From Deltaproteobacteria bacterium (lineage in GTDB: Bacteria > Myxococcota_A > Polyangia > GCA-2747355): 64,000 bases of DNA. The first letter of the stretch is position 1. The number at the start of each line of letters is the position of its first letter. The translations under genes and the position numbers were made by a program. Positions 26,581 to 35,745 of this stretch are shown here, piece by piece. The notes below the pieces were generated by a model that was given only the letters and a program-made list of their open reading frames with translations, was not told where the DNA came from and ran no database searches. The DNA lies in assembly GCA_020633415.1 (NCBI GenBank), contig JACKDQ010000002.1:256976-320975 (forward strand). The letters are read 5' to 3'.

Positions 26581-26862
26581 CATCGGCCCCGCGCTGCTCG
26601 GCCACACAGCCACGCACGTGCCATGCTGACAGCTGGCGCGCGGAATGCGATGCGGCGCCCGACATCGACACTTACGGCCGCATAGCTCCCAGGTCTTGCT
26701 GCGGTGCATCACCTTGACCTTGCAGCAGCAAACCCGCACCACGCAGTCGCTGTTGGACACACAGCGTGGCGCGGCGACCGCTGGCGTCGACAGCAGACCC
26801 AACCCGAAGAGCAGCCCGAACCCACCGCAGATCATCGTTGATGAGACCCGGAATTGTCGCAT
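26491..26862 (-). CDS. Small secreted Cys-rich protein (hypothetical)
   Basis: The ORF track gives 26491..26913. The likely start is MRQFRVSSTMICGGFGLLFGLGLLSTPAVAAP (signal peptide) at 26862. The mature part has 10 Cys in about 50 aa (RCVSNSDCVVRVCCCKVKV...CGRKCRCRAP...SCQHGTCV). About 80% of third codon positions are G/C by my count, which supports coding. Confidence 0.45.
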   Translation of the reverse strand: MRQFRVSSTMICGGFGLLFGLGLLSTPAVAAPRCVSNSDCVVRVCCCKVKVMHRSKTWELCGRKCRCRAPHRIPRASCQHGTCVAVWPSSAGPMLSSVCQADLPLELLLPVDARQSKYPLIDR

Positions 26863-27040
26863 CTGCAGACGATAGCATGACGATGCCCAACCCCGAAGTA
26901 CCCCGCGATCCAAACGGCCACCGCAGCCTAGCGCAAGCTGTTGACGTCAGTTGCCGCCAAAGCGGATACTTCTCCATTGCTCCTAATCGGTCCGTCGGTG
27001 TGATTTCCGGGCGATGCCCGCCCACGAGGAGAACCAAGCG

Positions 27041-28183
27041 ATGAGCGAGAGGGTTAACTTCCGTTTTCCAACAGCGATCCATTTCGGTTCCGGGGCTAGG
27101 GATTCGCTGGCGGAGTTTGCCAGAGACCATCAGGTCGAGCGGCCGCTGGTCGTCACCGATAAGGCGATGGTCAGCACCGAAGCCTATCGTCTGGTCAAAC
27201 AGACCTGTGACAAGACCTGGCCCAACGGCTGGACCGTCTTCGACGGCGTCCACCCCAACCCGCTCGCTGCTGACGCTGACGATGCGCTCAAGGCCTACCG
27301 CGCCGGACGCTGTGATGGCGTGATCGCCCTCGGTGGCGGAAGCGCGATCGATGGGGCAAAAGCGCTATTGTTGCGCATCGCCGAGCCCGGCTGCCCCCTG
27401 CAAGAGACCGATCTGGCGGCGCTACCCGAAAAGATCGTCCCACTCTGCGCGATCCCAACCACAGCGGGTACGGGAAGCGAAGTCGGTCGAAGCACGGTGG
27501 TCACCGTTCCGGCGCTTGGACGCAAAATCGTACTCGGCGCACCTGCGCTGCTGCCAACTTTGGCGATCCTCGACCCAGTGCTTACCGTCGGGTTGCCTGC
27601 ACATCTTACGGCTGCCACCGGGATGGATGCGATGACCCACGCCATCGAATCCTTCGTCTGCCCGATGTTCCACCCGATGTGCGATGGCATTGCGCTCGAA
27701 GCGATCTACCGCATCGCGCAGTATTTGCCGCGCGCGGTCAAGAACGGCGAAGACCTGCAAGCGCGCGGGGAGATGCTCGTCGCCGCGGCGATGGGCGCGG
27801 TAGCGTTTCAAAAGGACCTCGGCGCCGCTCACTCGATGGCCCACCCGCTGTCCTCGGAGTTTGACGTGCACCATGGCCTCGCCAACGCGATCGTCTTGCC
27901 CGCCGTGATCCGCTTCAACGGCGAGAAAGACTCCCAGCAGTACGACCGCGTCGCCAAAGCCCTCGGTATCTTCGATGCTACCGACCCAGCAAACGCCGTC
28001 GCTGACTACATCGACGGGCTCAACGAGCAACTCGAGCTAACACGTCGGCTGCGCGACCTCAACATTCCACAAAGCGCCATCGATACGTTGGCCAGCAAGG
28101 CCTTCGACGATGGTTGTCACCTAACGAACCCCCGAAAATGTCAACGCGACGACTTCGTTCGTCTCTACCGCGAGTGTTGGTAA
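27041..28183 (+). CDS. Iron-containing (group III) alcohol dehydrogenase
   Basis: I prefer ATG 27041, with a GAGGAG Shine-Dalgarno 9 nt upstream. Motifs are ALGGGSAIDGAK, IPTTAGTGSEVG, GMDAMTHAIE and HSMAHPLSSEFDVHHG (metal ligands). Confidence 0.85.
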   Translation: MSERVNFRFPTAIHFGSGARDSLAEFARDHQVERPLVVTDKAMVSTEAYRLVKQTCDKTWPNGWTVFDGVHPNPLAADADDALKAYRAGRCDGVIALGGGSAIDGAKALLLRIAEPGCPLQETDLAALPEKIVPLCAIPTTAGTGSEVGRSTVVTVPALGRKIVLGAPALLPTLAILDPVLTVGLPAHLTAATGMDAMTHAIESFVCPMFHPMCDGIALEAIYRIAQYLPRAVKNGEDLQARGEMLVAAAMGAVAFQKDLGAAHSMAHPLSSEFDVHHGLANAIVLPAVIRFNGEKDSQQYDRVAKALGIFDATDPANAVADYIDGLNEQLELTRRLRDLNIPQSAIDTLASKAFDDGCHLTNPRKCQRDDFVRLYRECW

Positions 28184-29634
28184 TGACCGATCGTTTTCCC
28201 AAGAGTCTATTGATCGACGGCAAAACCCTCGAGGGCGCCAGTGATGGTGCGATCGAGCTGACCGAGCCGGCAACTGAAACCCCACTGTGCGCCGTACCCG
28301 CGGTCGGCGAAAAAGAGATCGACCAAGCGCTACAGGCTGCCCAGCGCGGCTTTGCCCAAGGCTCCTGGTCGAGCTCCAATCCAGCTGCGCGCAGCGAAGC
28401 CCTTTTCCGACTGGCCCGCGCGATTCGCGAAAATTGCGAGCGGTTGGCCCGCATCGAGGCGCGCAACGTCGGTAAGCCGATCGGCGACGCCCGCTGGGAG
28501 ATCAATGCCGGAGCTCGCTGTTTCGAGTTCTACGCCGGGGCGATCACGCAATTCGGCGGACGAACGATCCCGGTCGCCAAGAACGGCTTCGACTACACGA
28601 TCCGCCAGCCAGTCGGCGTGGTTGCGGCGATCGTTCCCTGGAATTTCCCGTTTCTGATGGCGTGTTGGAAAGTCGCTCCCGCGCTGGCCACGGGCAACTC
28701 GGTCGTGCTCAAGCCCGCTTCGCTCACGCCACTGTCCGCGCTGGCACTCGGTGAGCTCGCCTGGGAGGCCGGTGTTCCGGGTAACATTCTCCAAGTAATC
28801 GCCGGCCGCGGCAGCGTTGTTGGCGACTACCTCACCGGTCATCCGCTGGTGCGCAAGATCGCATTCACCGGCGAAACCGGGACCGGTGCGCGCATCTTGC
28901 GCCAGGCCGCAGGCGACATCAAGCGTGTCTCCCTCGAACTCGGCGGGAAAAGCCCCAACGTCATTTTCGCCGACGCCGACGTCGATGCAGCAGCCGAAGC
29001 TGCACCGATGGCGGTTTTCGCCAACACCGGTCAAGATTGCTGCGCGCGTAGCCGAGTCTTGGTCGAGCGTTCGGTCTTTGACCGCTTCAGTGAAGGCTTC
29101 GTGGCGGCAACCAAGCGACTTATCGTCGGCGACCCGCTGAGCGAAGAGACCCAAGTCGGTCCACTGGTTTCTTCGGGACAGCGCGAAACCGTTGAGCGCT
29201 ACATCGCCATCGCCGAAGAGGAGGGCGGCAAACGATTGGTCGGCGGCTCGCGGCCCCAGTCGCCAGGCTACTACCTCGCGCCGACGATCTTCGCTGGGCT
29301 GCCGTCCAAAGCGCGCGTCTGCCAGGAAGAGATCTTCGGGCCGGTGGCCTGTATCCTACCCTTTGAGAGCGAGGCTGAAGCGATCGCCTTGGCCAACGAT
29401 ACACAATACGGATTGTCCGGATCGATCTGGACGCGTGACATCGAACGCGCTTTGCGAGTAGCCCGCGCCGTCGAAAGTGGCGTGCTGAGCGTCAACACCA
29501 ACTCGAGCGTCCATCAAGAGGCGCCGTTTGGTGGCTTCAAGCGCAGCGGCTTCGGACGTGACCTTGGCGTTGAGGCGATGCAGCTCTACACCGAACTTAA
29601 GAACGTCTACATCGATCTCTCCGGAGGAAAATAA
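28183..29634 (+). CDS. NAD(P)-dependent aldehyde dehydrogenase (PuuC-like context)
   Basis: ATG 28183 overlaps the upstream TAA (TAATG). Motifs are FTGETGTG, LELGGKSP (Glu), NTGQDCCARSR (Cys) and EEIFGPV. Confidence 0.88.
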   Translation: MTDRFPKSLLIDGKTLEGASDGAIELTEPATETPLCAVPAVGEKEIDQALQAAQRGFAQGSWSSSNPAARSEALFRLARAIRENCERLARIEARNVGKPIGDARWEINAGARCFEFYAGAITQFGGRTIPVAKNGFDYTIRQPVGVVAAIVPWNFPFLMACWKVAPALATGNSVVLKPASLTPLSALALGELAWEAGVPGNILQVIAGRGSVVGDYLTGHPLVRKIAFTGETGTGARILRQAAGDIKRVSLELGGKSPNVIFADADVDAAAEAAPMAVFANTGQDCCARSRVLVERSVFDRFSEGFVAATKRLIVGDPLSEETQVGPLVSSGQRETVERYIAIAEEEGGKRLVGGSRPQSPGYYLAPTIFAGLPSKARVCQEEIFGPVACILPFESEAEAIALANDTQYGLSGSIWTRDIERALRVARAVESGVLSVNTNSSVHQEAPFGGFKRSGFGRDLGVEAMQLYTELKNVYIDLSGGK

Positions 29635-30977
29635 TGGCAAAGCTGCCTGGCTGGCTCACTCCCGATGCAGTAGATACCGTGGTCGTGGCCTTTCCCGACA
29701 CGTATGGCCGCCTGATGGGGAAACGGCTAACCCGCCAATTCTTTATCGACCAGGTGGTCGAGGCCGGCACCCACGTCTGCAACTATCTGCTGACCGTCGA
29801 CATCGAGATGAACCCATTGCCGGGCTTCTCATTGGCCAACTGGGACAAAGGCTACGGCGACTTCCACGTGGTCATTGACCCGAAGACCTTGCGGCTGCTG
29901 CCATGGGCAGAGAAGACAGCGATGGTCATCGGTGATCTCTATCATGAAGATCACTCGCCGGTGGCGGAAGCGCCACGCACCGTCCTCAAGACGCAGCTCG
30001 AGCGGCTACGCAAACGCGGACTGGTCGCCAAGACAGCCTCCGAGCTCGAATTCTATCTGTTCGATAACAGCTACAGCGAAGCTCACGCCGCCGACTACCG
30101 CAAACTCACACCGAGCTCAGACTATTTGATCGACTATCATCTTTTGCAGACCGGCCGCGACGAAGGCCTGATGCGACAGCTGCGCAACGAGCTGAGCGAA
30201 GCGGGCATCGTCGTTGAGGGGACCAAGGGCGAATGGGGCAAAGGCCAGCACGAGCTAAACCTGGTCTACTGTGATGCGCTGGAAATGGCTGACCGCCACG
30301 TGCTACTCAAACACGGCACAAAAGAGATCGCCGCACAGCACGGCCGGTCGATCACCTTCATGGCCAAGTGGGCGACCGAAGAGGCCGGCAGCAGCTGCCA
30401 CATTCACACCAGTCTTTGGTCCGACGGTGCAAACGCAAGCAACGGCTTTGCCGATGGGAACAAGCCGAGCAAGCTGTTTTCGCAATTTCTTGGCGGCATG
30501 CTGCGCTACGGCCGAGAGTTCTGCTATTTCTTCGCGCCAACGATCAACGCCTACAAGCGCTATCAAGCCGCATCTTGGGCACCAACTTCGTTAACCTGGG
30601 CATTGGATAACCGCACCACAGGCTTTCGCGTCGTCGGCTCCGGGCCGTCGCTGCGGATCGAAAACCGCATGCCCGGCGCCGACGTGAATCCATATCTCGC
30701 CTTTGCCGCAACGATCGCCGCCGGCTTGCGTGGTATCGAAGAGAACCTCGATTGCGGCGAGCCATACCGCGGCAACGCCTACGAGGATGCCGACGTACCG
30801 CGCCTACCGCCATCGCTAAGCGACGCCATCGATCTGCTCGATCAAAGTGCTGTCGCCAGGGAAGCGCTTGGCGATCAAGTGGTCGACTTTTATTGTCACA
30901 GCGGCAGGTCGGAGGTCGCCGCTCACATGCGCGAAGTCAGCACCTGGGAGCGTCGCCGCTATTTTGAGCGACTCTAG
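29634..30977 (+). CDS. Glutamine synthetase-family gamma-glutamyl-amine synthetase (PuuA/GlnA3/GlnA4/IpuC-like)
   Basis: 447 aa. ATG 29634 overlaps the upstream TAA by 1 nt. Motifs are TKGEWGKGQHELN and ENRMPGADVNPYLAFAATIAAGLRGIE (GS catalytic domain). It is co-linear with the ADH and ALDH genes. Confidence 0.8.
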   Translation: MAKLPGWLTPDAVDTVVVAFPDTYGRLMGKRLTRQFFIDQVVEAGTHVCNYLLTVDIEMNPLPGFSLANWDKGYGDFHVVIDPKTLRLLPWAEKTAMVIGDLYHEDHSPVAEAPRTVLKTQLERLRKRGLVAKTASELEFYLFDNSYSEAHAADYRKLTPSSDYLIDYHLLQTGRDEGLMRQLRNELSEAGIVVEGTKGEWGKGQHELNLVYCDALEMADRHVLLKHGTKEIAAQHGRSITFMAKWATEEAGSSCHIHTSLWSDGANASNGFADGNKPSKLFSQFLGGMLRYGREFCYFFAPTINAYKRYQAASWAPTSLTWALDNRTTGFRVVGSGPSLRIENRMPGADVNPYLAFAATIAAGLRGIEENLDCGEPYRGNAYEDADVPRLPPSLSDAIDLLDQSAVAREALGDQVVDFYCHSGRSEVAAHMREVSTWERRRYFERL

Positions 30978-31003
30978 TCGGCTGTTAGCCCAAGGAGCAA
31001 CGA

Positions 31004-31666
31004 ATGCCAACCGTGGTAATCACCGGCGCCAACCGAGGCATCGGACTCGAGCTGGCGCGGCTCTGCAAACAACGCGGCGATCAAGTGATCGCTATCTGCC
31101 GCCACGGCTCTCCTGCGCTCAAGGATCTGGAGATCCGTGTCGAGGAACACATCGACGTGACCGAGCAGCCAGCGCTTGACCAATTGCGCGAACGGCTGTC
31201 CGGTGTATCGATCGATATCTTGATCAACAACGCAGGCATACTCACCGATGAATCGTTGACTAACTTTTCGGCCGATCGCGTGCGACGGCAATTCGAGGTC
31301 AACGCGCTTGGGCCACTGAGCGTAACGATCGCCCTGCTTGCGAATCTTCGACCGGGTTCCAAGGTCGCGCTGATCACCAGCCGAATGGGGTCGATCGCCG
31401 ACAACACCTCGGGTGGACGTTACGGCTACCGGATGTCCAAGGCCGCGCTAAATGCGGCGGGCGCTTCGCTGGCCTATGACCTCGCCGAGCACAAGATCGC
31501 CGTCGCAATCCTCCACCCCGGCTTCGTCCGCACCGAGATGACCAACGGCAGCGGATTAATCGATGCCGACGAGGCGGCGGCCAACCTGTTGGCACGCATC
31601 GACGACCTCAGCATCAGGAGCACCGGCACCTTCTGGCACGCTGACGGGCAAGTGTTGCCCTGGTGA
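31004..31666 (+). CDS. Short-chain dehydrogenase/reductase (CsgA/C-factor-like classical SDR)
   Basis: 220 aa with an AAGGAG Shine-Dalgarno. Motifs are VVITGANRGIGLELAR, NNAGI, and YRMSKAALN (YxxxK). Confidence 0.85.
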   Translation: MPTVVITGANRGIGLELARLCKQRGDQVIAICRHGSPALKDLEIRVEEHIDVTEQPALDQLRERLSGVSIDILINNAGILTDESLTNFSADRVRRQFEVNALGPLSVTIALLANLRPGSKVALITSRMGSIADNTSGGRYGYRMSKAALNAAGASLAYDLAEHKIAVAILHPGFVRTEMTNGSGLIDADEAAANLLARIDDLSIRSTGTFWHADGQVLPW

Positions 31667-31724
31667 CGTTGGCGTACCCACGGTCTAGCCAACCTGGCGC
31701 GCCACCATCAAGCCGAGACAAGCC

Positions 31725-33080
31725 ATGGGCGTCGGGTCCCAACTCTTAGCGATTCTACGCGCACCGGCTGCGCTACTTGGCCTGCGCGCCAACGCTTTGC
31801 GCTGGTTGATGATCTATTTGCTCGCGGCCACGCTGCTGCTGACCGTCGTCGGCGCACTGATCGTGCTCAATCAGCAGAGCCTGCGCCAAACGCTCTTGGC
31901 CTATCTGCTGCCGCAAAACTGGCTGTTTGCCGGCGACCGGCTGATCGGCTACATGTTCGCGCAACAGAGCAAGACCGTACTGATCAACGCCGCGGCCTCG
32001 GGCACACTCGTGATGATCTCGCTGCTGCTTTTTCCGATCAAGGAGCGGCTGTCGGCGACATACGAGCGCGAAAACGAGCTACTCGCCGGCGACCACCACG
32101 AATTCCCCCTCTGGTTCCAAGGACTGGAGGAAGTCAAACTCGCTTTGCTCTACGCGACAGCGTTCATGACGATCTTCTGGATCGGCTACCACCCCCACCC
32201 CACACGCAAGCTCGCGGCAGCCGTGCTGAGCTACGCATTTCTGTTCTTCAGCTTTGCCGTGGACTTCATCGCACCCGTCTTGCAGCGACGGCGACTGCAT
32301 TATTCGCGGATCATCAAGTGCATCCTCAAGCACCCGTTGGCCTGCTTCGGCTTTGGCGCGCTGTTTGCCGCGCCCTCAGTCCTCGCCGGCCTCTACTTGA
32401 AGGCCCACCCGGAGCTGTCGTTGTTCGCCGGCATCCTAGCGCTCTTTTCCGCCAACGTACTGGGCATCATCTGCGCCGCGGTTGCCGGTACGTGGCTTGG
32501 CGCGCAGCTCTACCCGGCTGCACTTCAAACCAATAAACCTCACCCTCTAACGCGCGCGCTGATCAGCGTTTTTGTCGCGCTGCTACTGGTCGCCAACTGT
32601 TATGTGTTCGGATCGCTTGGCGTCGCGCTGCACAGAAAAAGCCAGATCCTTAAGTGCGACTACAGCGTCGACCTCAGCACGCTAAGGGTCGAGTGGCCCA
32701 GCAAGTCGAAAGGCGGAGGGTTTCTCGCGCTGGTCGGCAAAACCGTCGACACCTTGCTCAGCGGAACCCTTAACTTACGCGTGAGCACGATGTTGACGAT
32801 CAAGAACCCAACCGAATTCGACGTCGAGTTGGAGCAGAACCGCGTCGAGATTCATCACGACGATCAGCTGATCGGTACCACACGCCTCTCGACGATCCGC
32901 GTGCCCGCCGGCCAAACGATCAGCACAGCGCTAGCGCTCTCTCTGCAGCTTAACCCGCGCTTCATCGTCAAAGGACGTCGTCTGCTCACCGACCGCTGGC
33001 GCGTCACCCTCTATCTGCGCATCGCACCCAATTTCGACTTCCCGATCTACCTGGTCAAACCGGGCAGCGCCGAGCGCTGA
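31725..33080 (+). CDS. Polytopic membrane protein with C-terminal LEA_2/NDR1-like beta domain (hypothetical)
   Basis: 451 aa with at least 6 hydrophobic segments. The C-terminus has LTIKNPTEFDVELEQNRVEIHHDDQLIGTTRLSTIRVPAGQTIS, which resembles the LEA_2 (water-stress/hypersensitive-response) fold motif by eye. Confidence 0.55.
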   Translation: MGVGSQLLAILRAPAALLGLRANALRWLMIYLLAATLLLTVVGALIVLNQQSLRQTLLAYLLPQNWLFAGDRLIGYMFAQQSKTVLINAAASGTLVMISLLLFPIKERLSATYERENELLAGDHHEFPLWFQGLEEVKLALLYATAFMTIFWIGYHPHPTRKLAAAVLSYAFLFFSFAVDFIAPVLQRRRLHYSRIIKCILKHPLACFGFGALFAAPSVLAGLYLKAHPELSLFAGILALFSANVLGIICAAVAGTWLGAQLYPAALQTNKPHPLTRALISVFVALLLVANCYVFGSLGVALHRKSQILKCDYSVDLSTLRVEWPSKSKGGGFLALVGKTVDTLLSGTLNLRVSTMLTIKNPTEFDVELEQNRVEIHHDDQLIGTTRLSTIRVPAGQTISTALALSLQLNPRFIVKGRRLLTDRWRVTLYLRIAPNFDFPIYLVKPGSAER

Positions 33081-33216
33081 TTCTTTTTGTCTTTAAATTC
33101 AGCACGATAAACGGATGCTCGGCGTATTACCCGACCCCGGGCAGCCGCCAAGCCCACGCAAAAGATCGACCCAGGTGTGATGTCGCGAGATCTGCGCTAA
33201 AGTCAGATAAGTCGGT

Positions 33217-34005
33217 ATGAGCGATGCGGATCCCAAAGACGAACTGCAGCAGCTTCGCGAGCAACTGATCCGCTCCGAAAAGATGGCTGCGCTCGGTGCG
33301 ATGGTCGCCGGCGTTGCCCACGAAATCAATACACCGATCGGTGCGATCGGCAGCATGCACGACACGCTGCGCCGAGCTCTCGACAAACTGACCGACGCAC
33401 TGCAATGCGCCTGCCCCGACTACCAAGAAAACCGCAAGATCGCGATGGCACTGAGGTCGCTTGCAGAGGCGAGCGAAGTGATCGGTGAGGGCAGCCAGCG
33501 CGTTGCCACGATCGTTAAGCGCTTGCGAAACTTTGCGCGCTCAGACGCTCTCGAACAAGAAAACCTCGATCTCAATGCGGCGCTCGAAGACACGCTGGTG
33601 CTGATCCACCACCAAACGAAGGGGCGGATCGCGATCAAGAAGAACTTTGCCGAGCTGCCCGAAGTCTGCTGCTATCGCGGACAAATCCATCAGGTGTTCC
33701 TCAACATTCTCGTCAACGCCGTCCAAGCGATCGAGAACAAGGGCACGATCGAGATCATCACCGCCCGCACCGACGATCGGGTGACGATATCTATTTCTGA
33801 CGACGGACGGGGCATCGATCCGGCGAATCTGCCACAGATCTTTACCGCTGGCTTTACCACCAAGGCAGCTCCTCTCGGAACGGGACTTGGCCTAGCGATC
33901 TGCCAGGAGATCATTCAGGCCCACAATGGGCAGATTACCGTACAAAGCGAGCTCGGCCGCGGAACGACGTTTGTGATCGATCTGCCACTCCGGTCTTGTC
34001 TCTGA
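33217..34005 (+). CDS. Soluble sensor histidine kinase (HisKA + HATPase_c only)
   Basis: The H-box is MVAGVAHEINTPIGAI, the N-box is FLNILVNAVQA, G1 is DDGRGI and G2 is GTGLGLAICQEI. There is no TM segment and no adjacent response regulator. Confidence 0.85.
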   Translation: MSDADPKDELQQLREQLIRSEKMAALGAMVAGVAHEINTPIGAIGSMHDTLRRALDKLTDALQCACPDYQENRKIAMALRSLAEASEVIGEGSQRVATIVKRLRNFARSDALEQENLDLNAALEDTLVLIHHQTKGRIAIKKNFAELPEVCCYRGQIHQVFLNILVNAVQAIENKGTIEIITARTDDRVTISISDDGRGIDPANLPQIFTAGFTTKAAPLGTGLGLAICQEIIQAHNGQITVQSELGRGTTFVIDLPLRSCL

Positions 34006-34124
34006 CCTGAACCTCCACCCGCCTAACGCGCAGAAAGAGGGATGATTGATTGGCACGACCCACGCGTCGCGTAACTTCCGAAAGAAGTGAACATTTGCTC
34101 AAACCCGCGGCGGCACGTCGTGGG

Positions 34125-34733
34125 ATGTGTTGCCGCTCGAAGAAGATCCTCGAGTATTGGTTTGGCCCACTAGCCGACGAGAATGACTTCCCGACGAGTG
34201 ACATCACAGAGCGCTGGTTCAAAGCCGATACCACGACCGACGACACGATTCGCTGCCTGTTCGGTGATGACTGCCGCTGGGCGCTGCGCGGCGACTTCGA
34301 CCACTGGGCAGAGAGACCCAAAGACCTGCTCGCGCTGATCATTCTGCTCGATCAATTTCCGCGAAACATCTACCGCGGCAAAGGCTGGGCGTTTTTGGGA
34401 GACGCCCACGCCCAGAAGCTTGTGCTCGCCGGGCTCGAGCGTGGTGATGATCAGCAACTCTGGTCAGCCGAGCGGATGTTCTTCTACATGCCGCTAATGC
34501 ACGCCGAGTCCCGCGAACTGCAGCAGCGTTGCGTCGAGCTCTTCACTCAGCTCTGCGATACGGCTCCCAAGGCCCACCGCGACACACTAAAGAGCTCGCT
34601 GCGCTACGCTGAGCTGCACAAGGATGTGATCGATCGCTTCGGGCGCTTCCCCCACCGTAACCTCCGTCTGGCTCGTCAAAGCAGCGCCGAAGAGCTGGAA
34701 TTTCTCAAACAACCGGGTTCGTCATTCGGCTAG
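34125..34733 (+). CDS. DUF924 family protein
   Basis: The ORF track gives 34050..34733; the first ATG is at 34125. ILEYWFGP...RWFKADTTTDDTIRCLFG...LALIILLDQFPRNIYRG matches my memory of DUF924. Confidence 0.7.
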   Translation: MCCRSKKILEYWFGPLADENDFPTSDITERWFKADTTTDDTIRCLFGDDCRWALRGDFDHWAERPKDLLALIILLDQFPRNIYRGKGWAFLGDAHAQKLVLAGLERGDDQQLWSAERMFFYMPLMHAESRELQQRCVELFTQLCDTAPKAHRDTLKSSLRYAELHKDVIDRFGRFPHRNLRLARQSSAEELEFLKQPGSSFG

Positions 34734-34746
34734 ACGGCGCAGCCAC

Positions 34747-35745
34747 CTAGGGTCTTTCCTTCAAGAGCAGGTCGCCGGCAAGCAATTCGCCGATCGAACC
34801 GTCCGCGCGGCGGATCTGTAGTCCACCGCTTGGCGTCAAACCGAGCGCTTTTACGCTGACCTGTTCGGCGCCTTGGCGGACCGTCACTTGCTCCCCGATC
34901 CAAGGGGCAAAATCGAGCCAGCGCTCGATAACCGGTTTGGCACCTTCGGACAGGTTTCGATCGACCCAATGCTCGAGCCGCTCGAGCAAGGTAAGTAGAA
35001 CCTCTGCGCGGGAAAAGCGCCGCCCGGCAACCTGCGCCAACGACGTTGCGACCCCTTCGATCTCCGCAGGAAAGCGCCGCGCATTGACGTTCAATCCGAT
35101 GCCGACCACAACGTAGAGCACACGCTCCACTTCGGCTCCGAGCTCGAGCAGAATGCCGCACAGCTTACGCCCACGCCAAAGTACATCGTTTGGCCATTTG
35201 ACCAGCGGCTGTGCCTGCAAATAGTGCTCGACCGTCTCAGCCACGGCAACCGCACTGGCTAACGTCAAGGTCGACGCTGCGCTCGGCGCCAACTGCGGCC
35301 GAAACAACGCGGAGAAACAGAGGTTGTCCTTGCCGCTGTACCAACGCCGCCCCAAGCGACCACGTCCGGCAGTCTGCTTGCCCGCAACGACCACCGTGCC
35401 ATCTTCCGCACCCTCAGCGGCGGCACGCGTCAAGTAGCTATTGGTGGAATCTAGCTGATCGACAAAGAGGTATTCGTGACCTAACCGCCGCGTCGTCAGC
35501 GCGGCACGAACACGTAGTGGCTGCAGGTCGTCGGGCCACCGATCAACGCGATAACCCCGATTCGGCACAGCCTCGATCGTCCAGCCTTGACCGCGGAAAC
35601 CAGCAACGCGTTTACCGACCGCGGTTCGGCTGATCCCCACTTCGCTGGCGATCGCCTCACCAGAGACAAACTCGCCCTGCGGCTTGAGTAGCTGCTGCAG
35701 GATCGCTAAGTCCTTGGGGTCAGCGCGATGAGTCGACATGTGCAA
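34747..35745 (-). CDS. birA: Bifunctional biotin operon repressor / biotin-[acetyl-CoA-carboxylase] ligase
   Basis: The N-terminal wHTH is GEAIASEVGISRTAVGKRVAGFRGQGWTIEAVPNRGYRV. The ligase motif is GKQTAGRGRLGRRW and KWPND is present. Confidence 0.9.
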   Translation of the reverse strand: MHMSTHRADPKDLAILQQLLKPQGEFVSGEAIASEVGISRTAVGKRVAGFRGQGWTIEAVPNRGYRVDRWPDDLQPLRVRAALTTRRLGHEYLFVDQLDSTNSYLTRAAAEGAEDGTVVVAGKQTAGRGRLGRRWYSGKDNLCFSALFRPQLAPSAASTLTLASAVAVAETVEHYLQAQPLVKWPNDVLWRGRKLCGILLELGAEVERVLYVVVGIGLNVNARRFPAEIEGVATSLAQVAGRRFSRAEVLLTLLERLEHWVDRNLSEGAKPVIERWLDFAPWIGEQVTVRQGAEQVSVKALGLTPSGGLQIRRADGSIGELLAGDLLLKERP

